Assembly: GCA_965195285.1 (NCBI GenBank)
Contig: CBDAFS010000061.1
Span: 1-64,000 of the forward strand
DNA: 64,000 nt
Reading direction: 5' to 3'
Source: an uncultured Aminicenantes bacterium
GTDB taxonomy: Bacteria; Acidobacteriota; Aminicenantia; UBA2199
Each line of letters starts with the position of its first letter. The stretch's first letter is position 1. The translations under genes were made by a program, and so were the position numbers. Positions 38,429 to 48,074 of the stretch are shown in pieces. The notes under the pieces are model-generated. The model worked only from the letters and a program-made list of their open reading frames with translations, was not told the origin of the DNA and did not search any database.

Positions 38429-39351
38429 CTTCATTAATAAAATACCTTAAGGAAAAGGATATACCCCATTTTAAAGACCGGGACATAAGTCCCTACCTGT
38501 CTATGCGGGTGGGCGGGAAAGTAAAACTGATCATCATTGTAAAATCATACCCGGATTTGAAAGAACTGGTGGCCAGGATAGCTGAACACGAATGCCCTTT
38601 TGTGTTGATCGGAGGGGGCAGCAATGTGGTATTTTCCAGTAAGTATTCCCCGATTGCGGTCATTATCAACCGGTCATCTGAAATATCAGAGCAGGAAGAA
38701 AACCTGATCCGGGTCAATTCCGGGGTTTTGAATCAACAGTTGATCAGCTGGTGTATCCGCAACCGTTTTTCAGGCCTGGAATTCCTGGCCGGCATCCCGG
38801 GAACAGTTGGCGGTGCAGCTGCAGTCAATGCCGGTGCCTTTCAAAAATCCATGGCCGATGTTCTTAAAAAAGCAGAGATTCTGGATACCCGAAATCAGCT
38901 TCGAGTTGTGACACCGGATTATTTTCAATACAGTTACCGGAATTCGGTTTTCAGGACCGGAAACCAGACCATCCTTAACCTTTTCTTCCGTTTGCAGTCT
39001 GACCGGCCCGATGATATCCAAAACCGAGTCAAGGCCAACATCACATATCGAAAGAAATACCATCCGCCTTACAGCCAGTATACCGCCGGATGCTTTTTCA
39101 AGAACCCGCTGGTCGAAAATCAAAGAATGTCTGCCGGTAAAATCATCGAAGACCTGGATTTCAAGGGCCGTCATTTCGACAACTTACGGATTTCAGATGA
39201 ACACGCCAATTTTCTGATCAACAAGGGACAGGCGCGCTTAGAGGACATCAAGGAAGTTGAAAGCGAAATTGTTCAGGCGGTTTCCCGGGGAAAAGGCATC
39301 CAGCTGGAAAGAGAAGTCATTTATATCACCGCCAGCGGAGAGAAACAATAG
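38425..39351 (+). CDS. murB: UDP-N-acetylenolpyruvoylglucosamine reductase
   Basis: IGGGSNV, GLEFLAGIPGTVGGA, YSYRNS, AGCFFKNP, HANFLIN, LEREV. Confidence 0.95.
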   Translation: MTSLIKYLKEKDIPHFKDRDISPYLSMRVGGKVKLIIIVKSYPDLKELVARIAEHECPFVLIGGGSNVVFSSKYSPIAVIINRSSEISEQEENLIRVNSGVLNQQLISWCIRNRFSGLEFLAGIPGTVGGAAAVNAGAFQKSMADVLKKAEILDTRNQLRVVTPDYFQYSYRNSVFRTGNQTILNLFFRLQSDRPDDIQNRVKANITYRKKYHPPYSQYTAGCFFKNPLVENQRMSAGKIIEDLDFKGRHFDNLRISDEHANFLINKGQARLEDIKEVESEIVQAVSRGKGIQLEREVIYITASGEKQ

Positions 39352-39365
39352 CAGGAACAACAGTC

Positions 39366-40310
39366 ATGCCCCGGATGATTTTTATATTTCTGGACGGAGT
39401 GGGTATCGGAAAATCAGAACCCGGCAACCCCTTTCACCGGGCCGGATCCTCCTATCTTCCGTTTTTTGGCCAGAATCTTTGCTGGCCGGACCAAACCCCG
39501 GTTAAACCCATCGACCCCCTCTTTGGCATACCAGGCTTTCCCCAGAGTGCAACCGGTCAGACCACTCTTTATACCGGAAAAGAAGTCCCCGTATTGTTGA
39601 ATCGCCACCAGGGCACGACCCCCAACAAATTCATGAGAAAAATCATCCGGGAATACAACCTCATCTCCCTGCTTAAAAACAAACGGATCAAGGCCACTTT
39701 TATCAATGCCTACCCGGTTTTTTCTCGGTTCTTCAATTCCGGTCACATCAACATCAAAGCGGATGGCCGGTTGGAATTCTCCAGGGAATTTCCGGAACTC
39801 TTTAAAAAACGAATATCGGTAACCAGTTGCATGATGATCAGCAGCCGGATCAAACCCTTTGATGAAGGGGATATCCTGGCGGAAAAATCCATTTACCAGG
39901 ATTATTCCAACCGGGAATTGACCAAAAGGGGGTTATCCCTGCCGGAATTCACTCCCGAAAAGGCGGCCGAAATTCTTTTCAAACAATCCCGGCAATACGA
40001 TTTCATGCTGTACGAATATTTTCAAACCGATATCTACGCCCACCGCAAATCCATATCCGAGTGTACCGATCTTATAAAAAAATTGAACCGGCTCATTGAA
40101 AGACTGGTTAACCTGCTGGATAAACGAACCGACACACTGCTGATCACCAGTGACCATGGAAACCTGGAAGACTGCAGCGTACACACCCATACCCTGAACC
40201 CGGTTCCTCTGGTCGTCTGGGGAAAGGGAAGCCAAAAACTCAGGGGAGCCATTTCCACCATTGCCGATGTGACACCGGCAATTGCCAGGTTGTTCTCTAT
40301 TTACAGCTGA
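39366..40310 (+). CDS. Metalloenzyme of the alkaline-phosphatase superfamily (iPGM/phosphopentomutase-like)
   Basis: FLDGVGIG, PQSATGQ, TDIYAH, ITSDHGNLED, HTLNPVP. Confidence 0.85.
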   Translation: MPRMIFIFLDGVGIGKSEPGNPFHRAGSSYLPFFGQNLCWPDQTPVKPIDPLFGIPGFPQSATGQTTLYTGKEVPVLLNRHQGTTPNKFMRKIIREYNLISLLKNKRIKATFINAYPVFSRFFNSGHINIKADGRLEFSREFPELFKKRISVTSCMMISSRIKPFDEGDILAEKSIYQDYSNRELTKRGLSLPEFTPEKAAEILFKQSRQYDFMLYEYFQTDIYAHRKSISECTDLIKKLNRLIERLVNLLDKRTDTLLITSDHGNLEDCSVHTHTLNPVPLVVWGKGSQKLRGAISTIADVTPAIARLFSIYS

Positions 40311-40715
40311 CTATTTTTTCTTTTCCACCAGCTCCATCAAGACTCCGGACAGGTCTCCCGGATGGGCAAAAATAATTTTGGAATCAGACGCTCCCTTCCC
40401 GGTTTCCGAATTCAATAAACGGATGTGGTTTTTTTTAAAAACCGCTACCTGACCCTCCAGGTCATCGACCTCATAGGCGATGTGATGGATGCCCCCCCCC
40501 CGTTTCTTTAAAAAGTTGGAAACCGGAGAATCTGGGGCCAGTGGTTCCACCAGCTCGATGTGAACACCCCCGATATCAAAGAGGGCCACCCGGACCTTCT
40601 GCTCCTGCACCACCTCGGTTCCCAGAAAAGTCAATCCCAGTATGCCCCGGTATTTTTTGATTTCCTTTTCCAAGTCTTTGACCACTATGGCCAGGTGATC
40701 AATTTTTTTGATCAT
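40311..40715 (-). CDS. mce: Methylmalonyl-CoA epimerase
   Basis: IDHLAIVV, QKVRVA, IELVEP, GIHHIAYEV, FAHP...GVLMELVE; RBS GGAGG before ATG 40715. Confidence 0.9.
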   Translation of the reverse strand: MIKKIDHLAIVVKDLEKEIKKYRGILGLTFLGTEVVQEQKVRVALFDIGGVHIELVEPLAPDSPVSNFLKKRGGGIHHIAYEVDDLEGQVAVFKKNHIRLLNSETGKGASDSKIIFAHPGDLSGVLMELVEKKK

Positions 40716-40872
40716 GAATTCCTCCAAATGATGCCGGCCCGGATGATCCGGGAATTGAAATAGAAAATTATTTGATATTTTTCGGAAAGGTTTGGTTTTT
40801 AAAAAAAATGGGGGAAAGCCGACGCTTCCTCCCAAATTTTTCATTACTTGATAATAAAGACAGGAAAAACGT

Positions 40873-41247
40873 TTACATTTTTGAGGCAATCCAGGTGCCG
40901 GTACTGCTGGCCCAGCTTATCATCGTGCCGTTCATAGAAGTTAACGAAGTGAAGGAACCCGTATAAGTGGTACCACTGGTATAAATAAACGTAACCGATT
41001 GTCCACTTACAGAATACGTCCCATTGTGACCTTCATCATTGGTCCAGGTTCCACTTGTCAGAGATCCGACAAACGTGTCAATCATGGTGCCCGGAGCAGG
41101 CATATTACTGGCAGCTGACCATGTGTAAGTGATAGCCCAGGTTCCCCGGATATCATACACGATTTCTTCTTCAGTTTTACAACTGTTAAAAAACAATAAA
41201 CCAATCAGACAAAAACTGATTAACGCCACTGAAAAAAATCTCTTCAT
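40873..41247 (-). CDS. Small beta-rich lipoprotein, YDIxGTW family (copy 4)
   Basis: Lipobox FNSC; CKTEEE...YDIRGTW...GTYSVSG...SMNG...GTWIASK. Confidence 0.82.
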   Translation of the reverse strand: MKRFFSVALISFCLIGLLFFNSCKTEEEIVYDIRGTWAITYTWSAASNMPAPGTMIDTFVGSLTSGTWTNDEGHNGTYSVSGQSVTFIYTSGTTYTGSFTSLTSMNGTMISWASSTGTWIASKM

Positions 41248-41315
41248 AATTTCCTCCTTTACTCTATGCTCAAATACTTAACATACTGAAATTAAAACAT
41301 CAAGGAAAAATTTTT

Positions 41316-42878
41316 TTATTTAATTACCTGTTTGACCGTATCGATAATGGTCCCATCCACCCATTTGATTGCGGCGATGGTTTTATTTCCCAGTTTGGGC
41401 CTGGCCGGGGCTCCCCCGCTGATTTTCTCGGCTTCCTGTTTCAAATCCTCTATGGATTTAATGGGCAGATTACTGCCGGAAACCGCCTTCATCAGATCCT
41501 CTCTCCGGGGATTGATGGCAATTCCCCGCTCGGTAACCACCACATCAATCAACTCACCCGGCCCCACCAGGGTGGTGACCCGATCCACCACCACCGGGAT
41601 CCGGTCCCGGAAGAGCGGCAGAGGCAGGATGACATTTCGCCCGAAAAGACAATTCTGCCAGCCCCCGATGCCATGCAGCAGTCTGCCGTCGGAATGGGTC
41701 ACCACATTGGCATTGAAATCCACATCCACTTCGGTAGCGCCCAGTATGGCAATATCCACCATGCTGGCAAAATTTCCCTTGCCGTGATAATTGTAACTGG
41801 TAAAGGGGCTGGTATCCTGGTGAGCCGGATTCTCTCTCATGGAGCGGACCCCATCCAGGTCAAAGGTCTGTCCATCCAGTATATAATCGGTTAATCCCTC
41901 TTCCAGCATTCCGGTCAGATACTTTGTTGAACCACCCCTCATGAAGCGGGCCTTGATCCCGCTTTCTTTCATGATGTCCCTTAAAAATGCGGTAAAAGCC
42001 AAGGCGGTCCCTCCGGCTCCGGACTGGACAGAAAATCCCTCCTTGACCAGTCCGGCTTCCTGAACAAACCGGGCCGTCATCTCCGCGATCAAAAGCCGGT
42101 CCGGACTCCGGGTCAGCTGGGTGGTTCCCGAAACGATCTTCCGGGGATCGCCGATAGACTCCAGTTCAACCACAAAATCAACATGATTACCCTGGATCTG
42201 CCAGGGGATGCAGGGGAATGGCTCCACATGATCGGTAACCACCACTACCTGGTCGGCATACTGGGAATCAGCCAGGGCAAAGCCCAGCAATCCGCAGGCA
42301 GCGGGACCCCGCAGGCCATTGGCATTTCCAAATGGATCAGCACAGGGTGCTGAAATAACAGCGATATCAATATGGACTTCCCCGTCCTGAACAGCCTGGT
42401 AACGGCCACCATGAGAGCGGAGTATGGCTACTCCCTTCATTTTGCCTTCGGAGCAGTAATCACCCAAGGGACCGTTCATGCTGCCTTCAATATGATGGAC
42501 CACCCCGCTTTCCAGATGCCGGATAATGGGGGCATGAATGGGGAATGATGCACTGGGAAACCATCTCAGTTTCTTAACTCCCAGTTCTGCGGCCGCATCA
42601 AAGATCAGGTTGGGCATATAGTCACCGTTGCGCAGGTGGTGGTGGGTGGAGATGGTCATCCCATCTTTGATTCCGCATTTCTTCAGGGCCTCTTTTATGG
42701 AGGCCACCCGCTTGTCACCGTTTTCGGGATAATTGGCACAGGAACGTATGGGAGGCGCCGCCTTTTTTCCCCTTGGCTTGTATTGACCCACTCCCCGGTA
42801 AGCCTTATGCTTTTCACCATTGATCTCTATCAGGACCTCCCGTCCGGCAGCATTTATTTCGGTTTTCTTACTTAACAT
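41316..42878 (-). CDS. citF: Citrate (or citramalate) lyase alpha subunit / CoA-transferase
   Basis: DGMTISTHHHLRNGD, RSHGGR, QSGAGG, ILGATEVDVDFNANV, VVTERGIAINP. Confidence 0.92.
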   Translation of the reverse strand: MLSKKTEINAAGREVLIEINGEKHKAYRGVGQYKPRGKKAAPPIRSCANYPENGDKRVASIKEALKKCGIKDGMTISTHHHLRNGDYMPNLIFDAAAELGVKKLRWFPSASFPIHAPIIRHLESGVVHHIEGSMNGPLGDYCSEGKMKGVAILRSHGGRYQAVQDGEVHIDIAVISAPCADPFGNANGLRGPAACGLLGFALADSQYADQVVVVTDHVEPFPCIPWQIQGNHVDFVVELESIGDPRKIVSGTTQLTRSPDRLLIAEMTARFVQEAGLVKEGFSVQSGAGGTALAFTAFLRDIMKESGIKARFMRGGSTKYLTGMLEEGLTDYILDGQTFDLDGVRSMRENPAHQDTSPFTSYNYHGKGNFASMVDIAILGATEVDVDFNANVVTHSDGRLLHGIGGWQNCLFGRNVILPLPLFRDRIPVVVDRVTTLVGPGELIDVVVTERGIAINPRREDLMKAVSGSNLPIKSIEDLKQEAEKISGGAPARPKLGNKTIAAIKWVDGTIIDTVKQVIK

Positions 42879-44091
42879 CGCTATTCCTCCAATCCTCGGG
42901 AATCAGACCCCCGGCCCGGGCCAGATCAATGATTCGCTGAGCCCGCTTAACCACCGGGGGATCTATCATTTTACTACCCAGCGAAACCACTCCTAGACCT
43001 TTCTTTTCAGCCTCCTCAAAGGCCAGAACAATCTTTTTGGCCCGGTCGATCTCCTCTGACTTCGGGGCAAAAGCCTCATGCACCACTGCAATCTGCCGGG
43101 GATGGATACAGCCTTTACCGTCAAACCCAAGGGCTTTGGCTTCCAGCACACTGTTTCGCAAGCCTTCCATGTCATCCACATCGGAAAACACGGTATCAAT
43201 GGCCTGGATACCGGCTGCCCGGGCGGCATTCACCAGCATGGAGCGGGCAAAAAAACTTTCCCGACCTTCCGGGGTCCGTTGAACCCCGATATCGGCCGTA
43301 TAGTCTTCCAGGCCGATGGCCAGGGCTACATTTCGCTTTGAAGCCGTGGCAATCAAATAGGCATTTAATACCCCCAACCCGCTCTCTATGATGGGCATGA
43401 AAAATATGTCATGCTTCAGGTCTTTTTCCTTTTCCAGAATTTCATCGATCTTCTTTTCAATATCATAAATCTGAATCGGGGTTTCCACCTTGGGAATCAG
43501 GATCAAATCAATTTTCTGGGGAACAATGGCTTCCAGGTCCTCTAATCCCAGGGGAAGCTGGTTGATGCGAACCATTCGTTCACAACCCATAAAGTCAACC
43601 GACCTCAATGCATTTCGCACCAATAACCGGGCATCAGCTTTTTTCGAGGGGGGCACGGAATCCTCAAGATCGAGGATCAGTCCATCCGGCTGATGTATGG
43701 CCGCATTGATAAAGAGTTTGGGCTGGTCGCCGGGCAGATACAGCCTGGATCGCCTGAATCGGTCCCGGGCACTGGATTGGGCAGGATAATTCCACTCGGG
43801 TAAATAGAATTTCCCCCGATCAAGACCCAGCCGGTTAACGGCTGATTCCAGCCTGGCCATGATCACAAAGGGAAGGGCTCCCGAGTCTTCAATTTCTATT
43901 TCCGCATGGTTAATTCCGAAAAATGCCGCCATATCGTTAACCAGTTTTTTAATGGCTTCACCGTATAGCACATCTACTTTACTCTTCAACTTAATCTGGA
44001 CTCCACCGTCCGGAACCGGTTTCAACTGGATCCAGCAGTCAGATCGAACCCGATCTCCACGGTTCCCGGCTTCTGCGATTTCAACACTCAT
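42868..44091 (-). CDS. citE: Fused citrate-lyase ACP (CitD) and citryl-CoA lyase (CitE)
   Basis: N-terminal AGNRGDRVRSDC...DSGALPFVIMARLESAV (CitD-like), then RRSRLYLPG, DLEDSV, GLEDYTADIG, GKGCIHPRQ, MIDPPV. Confidence 0.9.
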   Translation of the reverse strand: MSVEIAEAGNRGDRVRSDCWIQLKPVPDGGVQIKLKSKVDVLYGEAIKKLVNDMAAFFGINHAEIEIEDSGALPFVIMARLESAVNRLGLDRGKFYLPEWNYPAQSSARDRFRRSRLYLPGDQPKLFINAAIHQPDGLILDLEDSVPPSKKADARLLVRNALRSVDFMGCERMVRINQLPLGLEDLEAIVPQKIDLILIPKVETPIQIYDIEKKIDEILEKEKDLKHDIFFMPIIESGLGVLNAYLIATASKRNVALAIGLEDYTADIGVQRTPEGRESFFARSMLVNAARAAGIQAIDTVFSDVDDMEGLRNSVLEAKALGFDGKGCIHPRQIAVVHEAFAPKSEEIDRAKKIVLAFEEAEKKGLGVVSLGSKMIDPPVVKRAQRIIDLARAGGLIPEDWRNSDVK

Positions 44092-44117
44092 AAAAACCTC
44101 CTGCAACAACCTTTATA

Positions 44118-44714
44118 TTATATAACCACATTTAAATTCGTTCCCTTTATTTTCCGGCTGATATAGTATGATTTAAAAAATGTCAACTGTGAATTCTTGG
44201 ATTTGATGAAAATTTCCACAAAAGAACTGCGCCAGTCTCTCTGGTTTTCCTCAAAGGCTTCGGCGGAACTGGCCCGGTAGCCCAGCTGGGATGTCAGTTT
44301 TATCAGAGTACTTTCACTCCCGGGTTTCAATGAATCGCTGAAGGTCATTTTAAATCCTTCTCCAATAATTTTTCCAGTATCCATGAACCTGAAAACCCCT
44401 AAAAAAAATACATGCTTCAGTTCAGATTCCCCGATATTCCGGACCTGGAAGTTGATTTCCGGAACCAGGATAATCCCCTTGAAGTCATCATCATCAATTT
44501 CCTTTTTCACCACCCACTGACTGGAAATATTAAAAACTTCAATTGAGGATTTCAACACTTCCATGGACACGTTTTTTTCCAGGATGTCGTTTTTAAACAA
44601 CAAAAATATGAGAATAAACAACACCGCCACCCCGAAAAACAACCAGGAATTGGATCTGAAACTTCCGGGTTTTAAATAATCATTCAGAACATTCTGATTG
44701 CTTTTATTACTCAT
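44118..44714 (-). CDS. Hypothetical membrane-anchored protein
   Basis: One N-terminal TM segment followed by a beta-rich domain. Confidence 0.65.
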   Translation of the reverse strand: MSNKSNQNVLNDYLKPGSFRSNSWLFFGVAVLFILIFLLFKNDILEKNVSMEVLKSSIEVFNISSQWVVKKEIDDDDFKGIILVPEINFQVRNIGESELKHVFFLGVFRFMDTGKIIGEGFKMTFSDSLKPGSESTLIKLTSQLGYRASSAEAFEENQRDWRSSFVEIFIKSKNSQLTFFKSYYISRKIKGTNLNVVI

Positions 44715-44965
44715 GACAACCCATGCCTCCTTGCAGGCCGGAAACCTCTCAGTCTTTAATTAGCGAGCATTTATTATATCATATTCAACCCTATTGACCA
44801 ATAATTATCAAACCACAATCAATGCCTCCGGCTCTTCCTTGACCCTGCCGGGTGCCCTTCCCAGGGTTTACAAAAACCACCGATATGTTACAATAGATAT
44901 TTGAGAAAATAACAAAGTGAAATTTTTCATCAGTGACATATTATATCAAAGGGGGCTATGCATAG

Positions 44966-46180
44966 ATGGCTTTTCTTATCTTCTTTTTACTGCTGACCGT
45001 AACCATACTGTATTACCTGTTTGAAGTTAGTTTTAAGAGCTTTTCCAGAGTTTCCATGGCCGGTTTGATGGAAGACATTCGAAGCCGGTGGATCCATAAA
45101 TTTCATTTTGTGGAAAAATACGATCTGGTTTTGAATTCCCTGGGCGCATTTTCTTTTTTCATGCAGCTCACCCTTTTCATCTATTCATTTCTATTTCTGG
45201 AACGGTTTTTATACAATCCGATTCACCGGATCACTCTGTTGATTTTCGCTTTTTTGTTCACCTTTAACTTTCTGCTCTACACCATCGCCTATTTCTTCCG
45301 GGAGATCATTATAAAAAAATTGATTTTCCTCTACCCCCTGCCCTGGTTTTTCTTCTCCCCCGCCAATATTATCTTCTCTTTTTTTCTGAAACGAAGCCCG
45401 GAAGAAAGAAACGACAGCCAGGATGAACTCAGCGAAAAGGAATTGGAAGTCTTCATCGAAGAGGGAACCAAAGAAGGATTGATTGAATCAGAAGACAAGG
45501 AAATGCTCACCAGTATTCTTGAATTCGGCGATACCCTGGTAAAGGAAATCATGACCCCCCGGGTAGATATGATATACATTCCCATTGATATCGGCCTGAA
45601 TGAACTGGTCCAGATGATCAACGACAAAAAAAAATCGCGTTATCCGGTCATATCCGGACGAGTCGATAACATCGAAGGCATCATTTTATCCAAGGATGTC
45701 TTCAACTATCTGGATAAACCTGACTTCGACATTAAAAGTATTATCAGAAAGGCATTCTTTATCCCGGAGACCATGCGGATACTGGAATTGCTCAAGACTC
45801 TGCAAAAGTCCAGACTGAAATTCGCCATTGTGGTAGACGAATTCGGAGGTGTTTCCGGGTTGGTGACCATGGAAGATATCATCGAGGAAATCGTCGGAGA
45901 GATTCAGGATGAATACGATGAGGATGTCGAACAAATCAGGAAGGAAAAAGATTATTTCATTGTCACTGGCGATACTGATATTTTTGAGCTGGGGGAAACC
46001 CTGAAAATCAAGATAGATGAGGATGAAGACTATCAGACCGTGGGCGGTTTCATCAGCTATAAACTGGGACGGATACCCAACCAATTGGATAAAATCACCC
46101 TCCATAACTATCAATTGCAGGTCATTGAAATGGAGAAAAATCGAATCATAAAAGTTAAAATTACCAATCAGGATCTCTAG
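44966..46180 (+). CDS. Hemolysin/CorC-family (CNNM-CBS-CorC) membrane protein
   Basis: VKEIMTPRVDM, SRYPV, AIVVDEFGGVSGLVTMEDIIEEIVGEIQDEYD. Confidence 0.92.
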   Translation: MAFLIFFLLLTVTILYYLFEVSFKSFSRVSMAGLMEDIRSRWIHKFHFVEKYDLVLNSLGAFSFFMQLTLFIYSFLFLERFLYNPIHRITLLIFAFLFTFNFLLYTIAYFFREIIIKKLIFLYPLPWFFFSPANIIFSFFLKRSPEERNDSQDELSEKELEVFIEEGTKEGLIESEDKEMLTSILEFGDTLVKEIMTPRVDMIYIPIDIGLNELVQMINDKKKSRYPVISGRVDNIEGIILSKDVFNYLDKPDFDIKSIIRKAFFIPETMRILELLKTLQKSRLKFAIVVDEFGGVSGLVTMEDIIEEIVGEIQDEYDEDVEQIRKEKDYFIVTGDTDIFELGETLKIKIDEDEDYQTVGGFISYKLGRIPNQLDKITLHNYQLQVIEMEKNRIIKVKITNQDL

Positions 46181-46213
46181 CAGTAAACCAGCCCCTTCAA
46201 GGATTCAATCAAC

Positions 46214-47098
46214 ATGAAAAGTAACCAAAAACAACATTCCGGATATGTGGCGCTTATCGGCAGGACCAATGTGGGAAAATCAACTTTTTTAAACCACATA
46301 TTAAAAACCAAAGTATCTATCGTCTCCCACTCCCCTCAAACCACCCGGGAACAGATTCTGGGAATTAAAACCACTTCCAGGGGGCAGATCATATTTTTTG
46401 ATTCTCCCGGCATACACAAACCCCATTTCAAATTGAATGAAAAGATGATGAAGGCGGTCCACCATTCCCTCATGGATGCCGATATCATTCTTTATTTTTT
46501 GGAAATCGGGGATAAACGAGAGGATGCGTTCATTTTGAATTTGCTTAAGGAACTGAATAAAACAACCCTTCTGGTAATCAACAAAATCGATAAGATCAAT
46601 AAAGCCAGGGTGCTCAGTCAGATAGATAAGCTCAAGGATCTGTATACCTGGAGTGAGATCGTTCCCCTATCAGCCCTGAAAGGGGATAACGTTGATAGGC
46701 TCGAGGACCTGATATTCGAGTACCTGCCCGAAAATGATCATCTGTTTTCCCCTGAGGAATTCACCCGCCAGTCAGAAAAATTCTATATAGCCGAACTGAT
46801 CCGGGAAAAAATACTGAATCTGTCACGAGATGAACTCCCTTTTACCACCAGTGTTAAAGTTGAGGAGATTACGGAAAAGGACAAAGTCTTCTATATCCGG
46901 GCAGAAATTTATGTGGAATCCCTGTCCCAGAAAAAAATCATTGTCGGTAAACACGGAACCCTGGTCAAACAGATCGGTGAAACCGCCAGAATCGATATTG
47001 AAGACTATTTTGACAAAAAAGTGTTCCTGGATCTGTTTGTGAAGGTGGTTCCCAACTGGCGCAATTCACCCCATGTCCTGAAGGACATTTTTGATTGA
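46214..47098 (+). CDS. era: GTPase Era
   Basis: GRTNVGKST, PQTTR, DSPG, NKID, KH domain ending VKVVPNWR. Confidence 0.96.
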   Translation: MKSNQKQHSGYVALIGRTNVGKSTFLNHILKTKVSIVSHSPQTTREQILGIKTTSRGQIIFFDSPGIHKPHFKLNEKMMKAVHHSLMDADIILYFLEIGDKREDAFILNLLKELNKTTLLVINKIDKINKARVLSQIDKLKDLYTWSEIVPLSALKGDNVDRLEDLIFEYLPENDHLFSPEEFTRQSEKFYIAELIREKILNLSRDELPFTTSVKVEEITEKDKVFYIRAEIYVESLSQKKIIVGKHGTLVKQIGETARIDIEDYFDKKVFLDLFVKVVPNWRNSPHVLKDIFD

Positions 47099-47126
47099 CA
47101 ATTCAGAAAATGGAAAATGAGGAAAA

Positions 47127-48063
47127 TGGGGTCAGTTCTTTCATTATAGCGTTTTTTTTAGTATACTTGCTTCATGGCTAGACCATTAAGAATTGAATTC
47201 CCCGGTGCTGTGTACCATATTACAACCAGAGGTAATGAAAAAAAGGCAATATTCAGGAATGATCGGGATCGAGAAAGATTTATTGAAATTCTATCACTGG
47301 TTGTTAAGAGATTTAAATGGATATGTCATTCATACTGTTTAATGGACAATCACTATCATCTATTAATTGAGACACCAACAGCAAATTTATCGAGAGGTAT
47401 GAAGCAGTTAAATGGGATTTATACCCAGAGTTTTAATCGTATACATAACAGAGTTGGACATTTGTTTCAAGGTAGATATAAATCGATTTTAATAGAGAAG
47501 GAATCATATCTGCTTGTATTGAGTAGATATATGGTGTTAAATCCAGTGAGAGCAGGTGATGTAAATCATCCGGGAGAATGGCCCTGGAGCAGTTATGGTG
47601 CAATAATTGAAGAAGTGAAAAAACCTGATTTTTTAACTGTTGATTGGATATTGTCACAGTTTTCCTCAGACAAAAAAAAGGCTGTGGAAGAATATGAACT
47701 ATTTATCATATCAGGTTATAAGACAGGGTTTCCATATAATGAATTAGTCGGACAAATTTTATTGGGTAGTGAAGGGTTTATAAAGAAGGTGAATGGTTAT
47801 GTAAGTCAAGAATCAAGAAATAATATGAAAGAGGTGCCCAGAGAACAACAACTCAGTATATCGACAACACTGGATGAAATATTTCAGAAGAATACGAGAA
47901 AAGGTGTCACAAGGAATAAGATAATCTGCGAGATATATCACAATAACGATTTTACAATGAAGGAAATCGGTGATTATTTAGGATTGCACTACACGACTAT
48001 TAGTAGAATTATAAACAGTTATGAGAAGAAGAAAAAAATGCTATAATGAAAGAACTGACCCCA
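47127..48063 (+). mobile_element. RAYT-like Y1 HUH transposase element bounded by perfect 24-bp terminal inverted repeats
   Basis: TGGGGTCAGTTCTTTCATTATAGC (47127-47150) and GCTATAATGAAAGAACTGACCCCA (48040-48063); visibly more AT-rich than its flanks; no obvious target duplication. Confidence 0.85.
47174..48046 (+). CDS. rayT: REP-associated tyrosine transposase (RAYT, Y1_Tnp) with C-terminal HTH
   Basis: MARPLRIEFPGAVYHITTRGN, HUH motif LMDNHYHLL, GHLFQGRYKS, catalytic Tyr in SRYMVLNPVRAG, WSSY; HTH TMKEIGDYLGLHYTTISR. Confidence 0.92.
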   Translation: MARPLRIEFPGAVYHITTRGNEKKAIFRNDRDRERFIEILSLVVKRFKWICHSYCLMDNHYHLLIETPTANLSRGMKQLNGIYTQSFNRIHNRVGHLFQGRYKSILIEKESYLLVLSRYMVLNPVRAGDVNHPGEWPWSSYGAIIEEVKKPDFLTVDWILSQFSSDKKKAVEEYELFIISGYKTGFPYNELVGQILLGSEGFIKKVNGYVSQESRNNMKEVPREQQLSISTTLDEIFQKNTRKGVTRNKIICEIYHNNDFTMKEIGDYLGLHYTTISRIINSYEKKKKML

Positions 48064-48074
48064 AAGTTTAAGTC

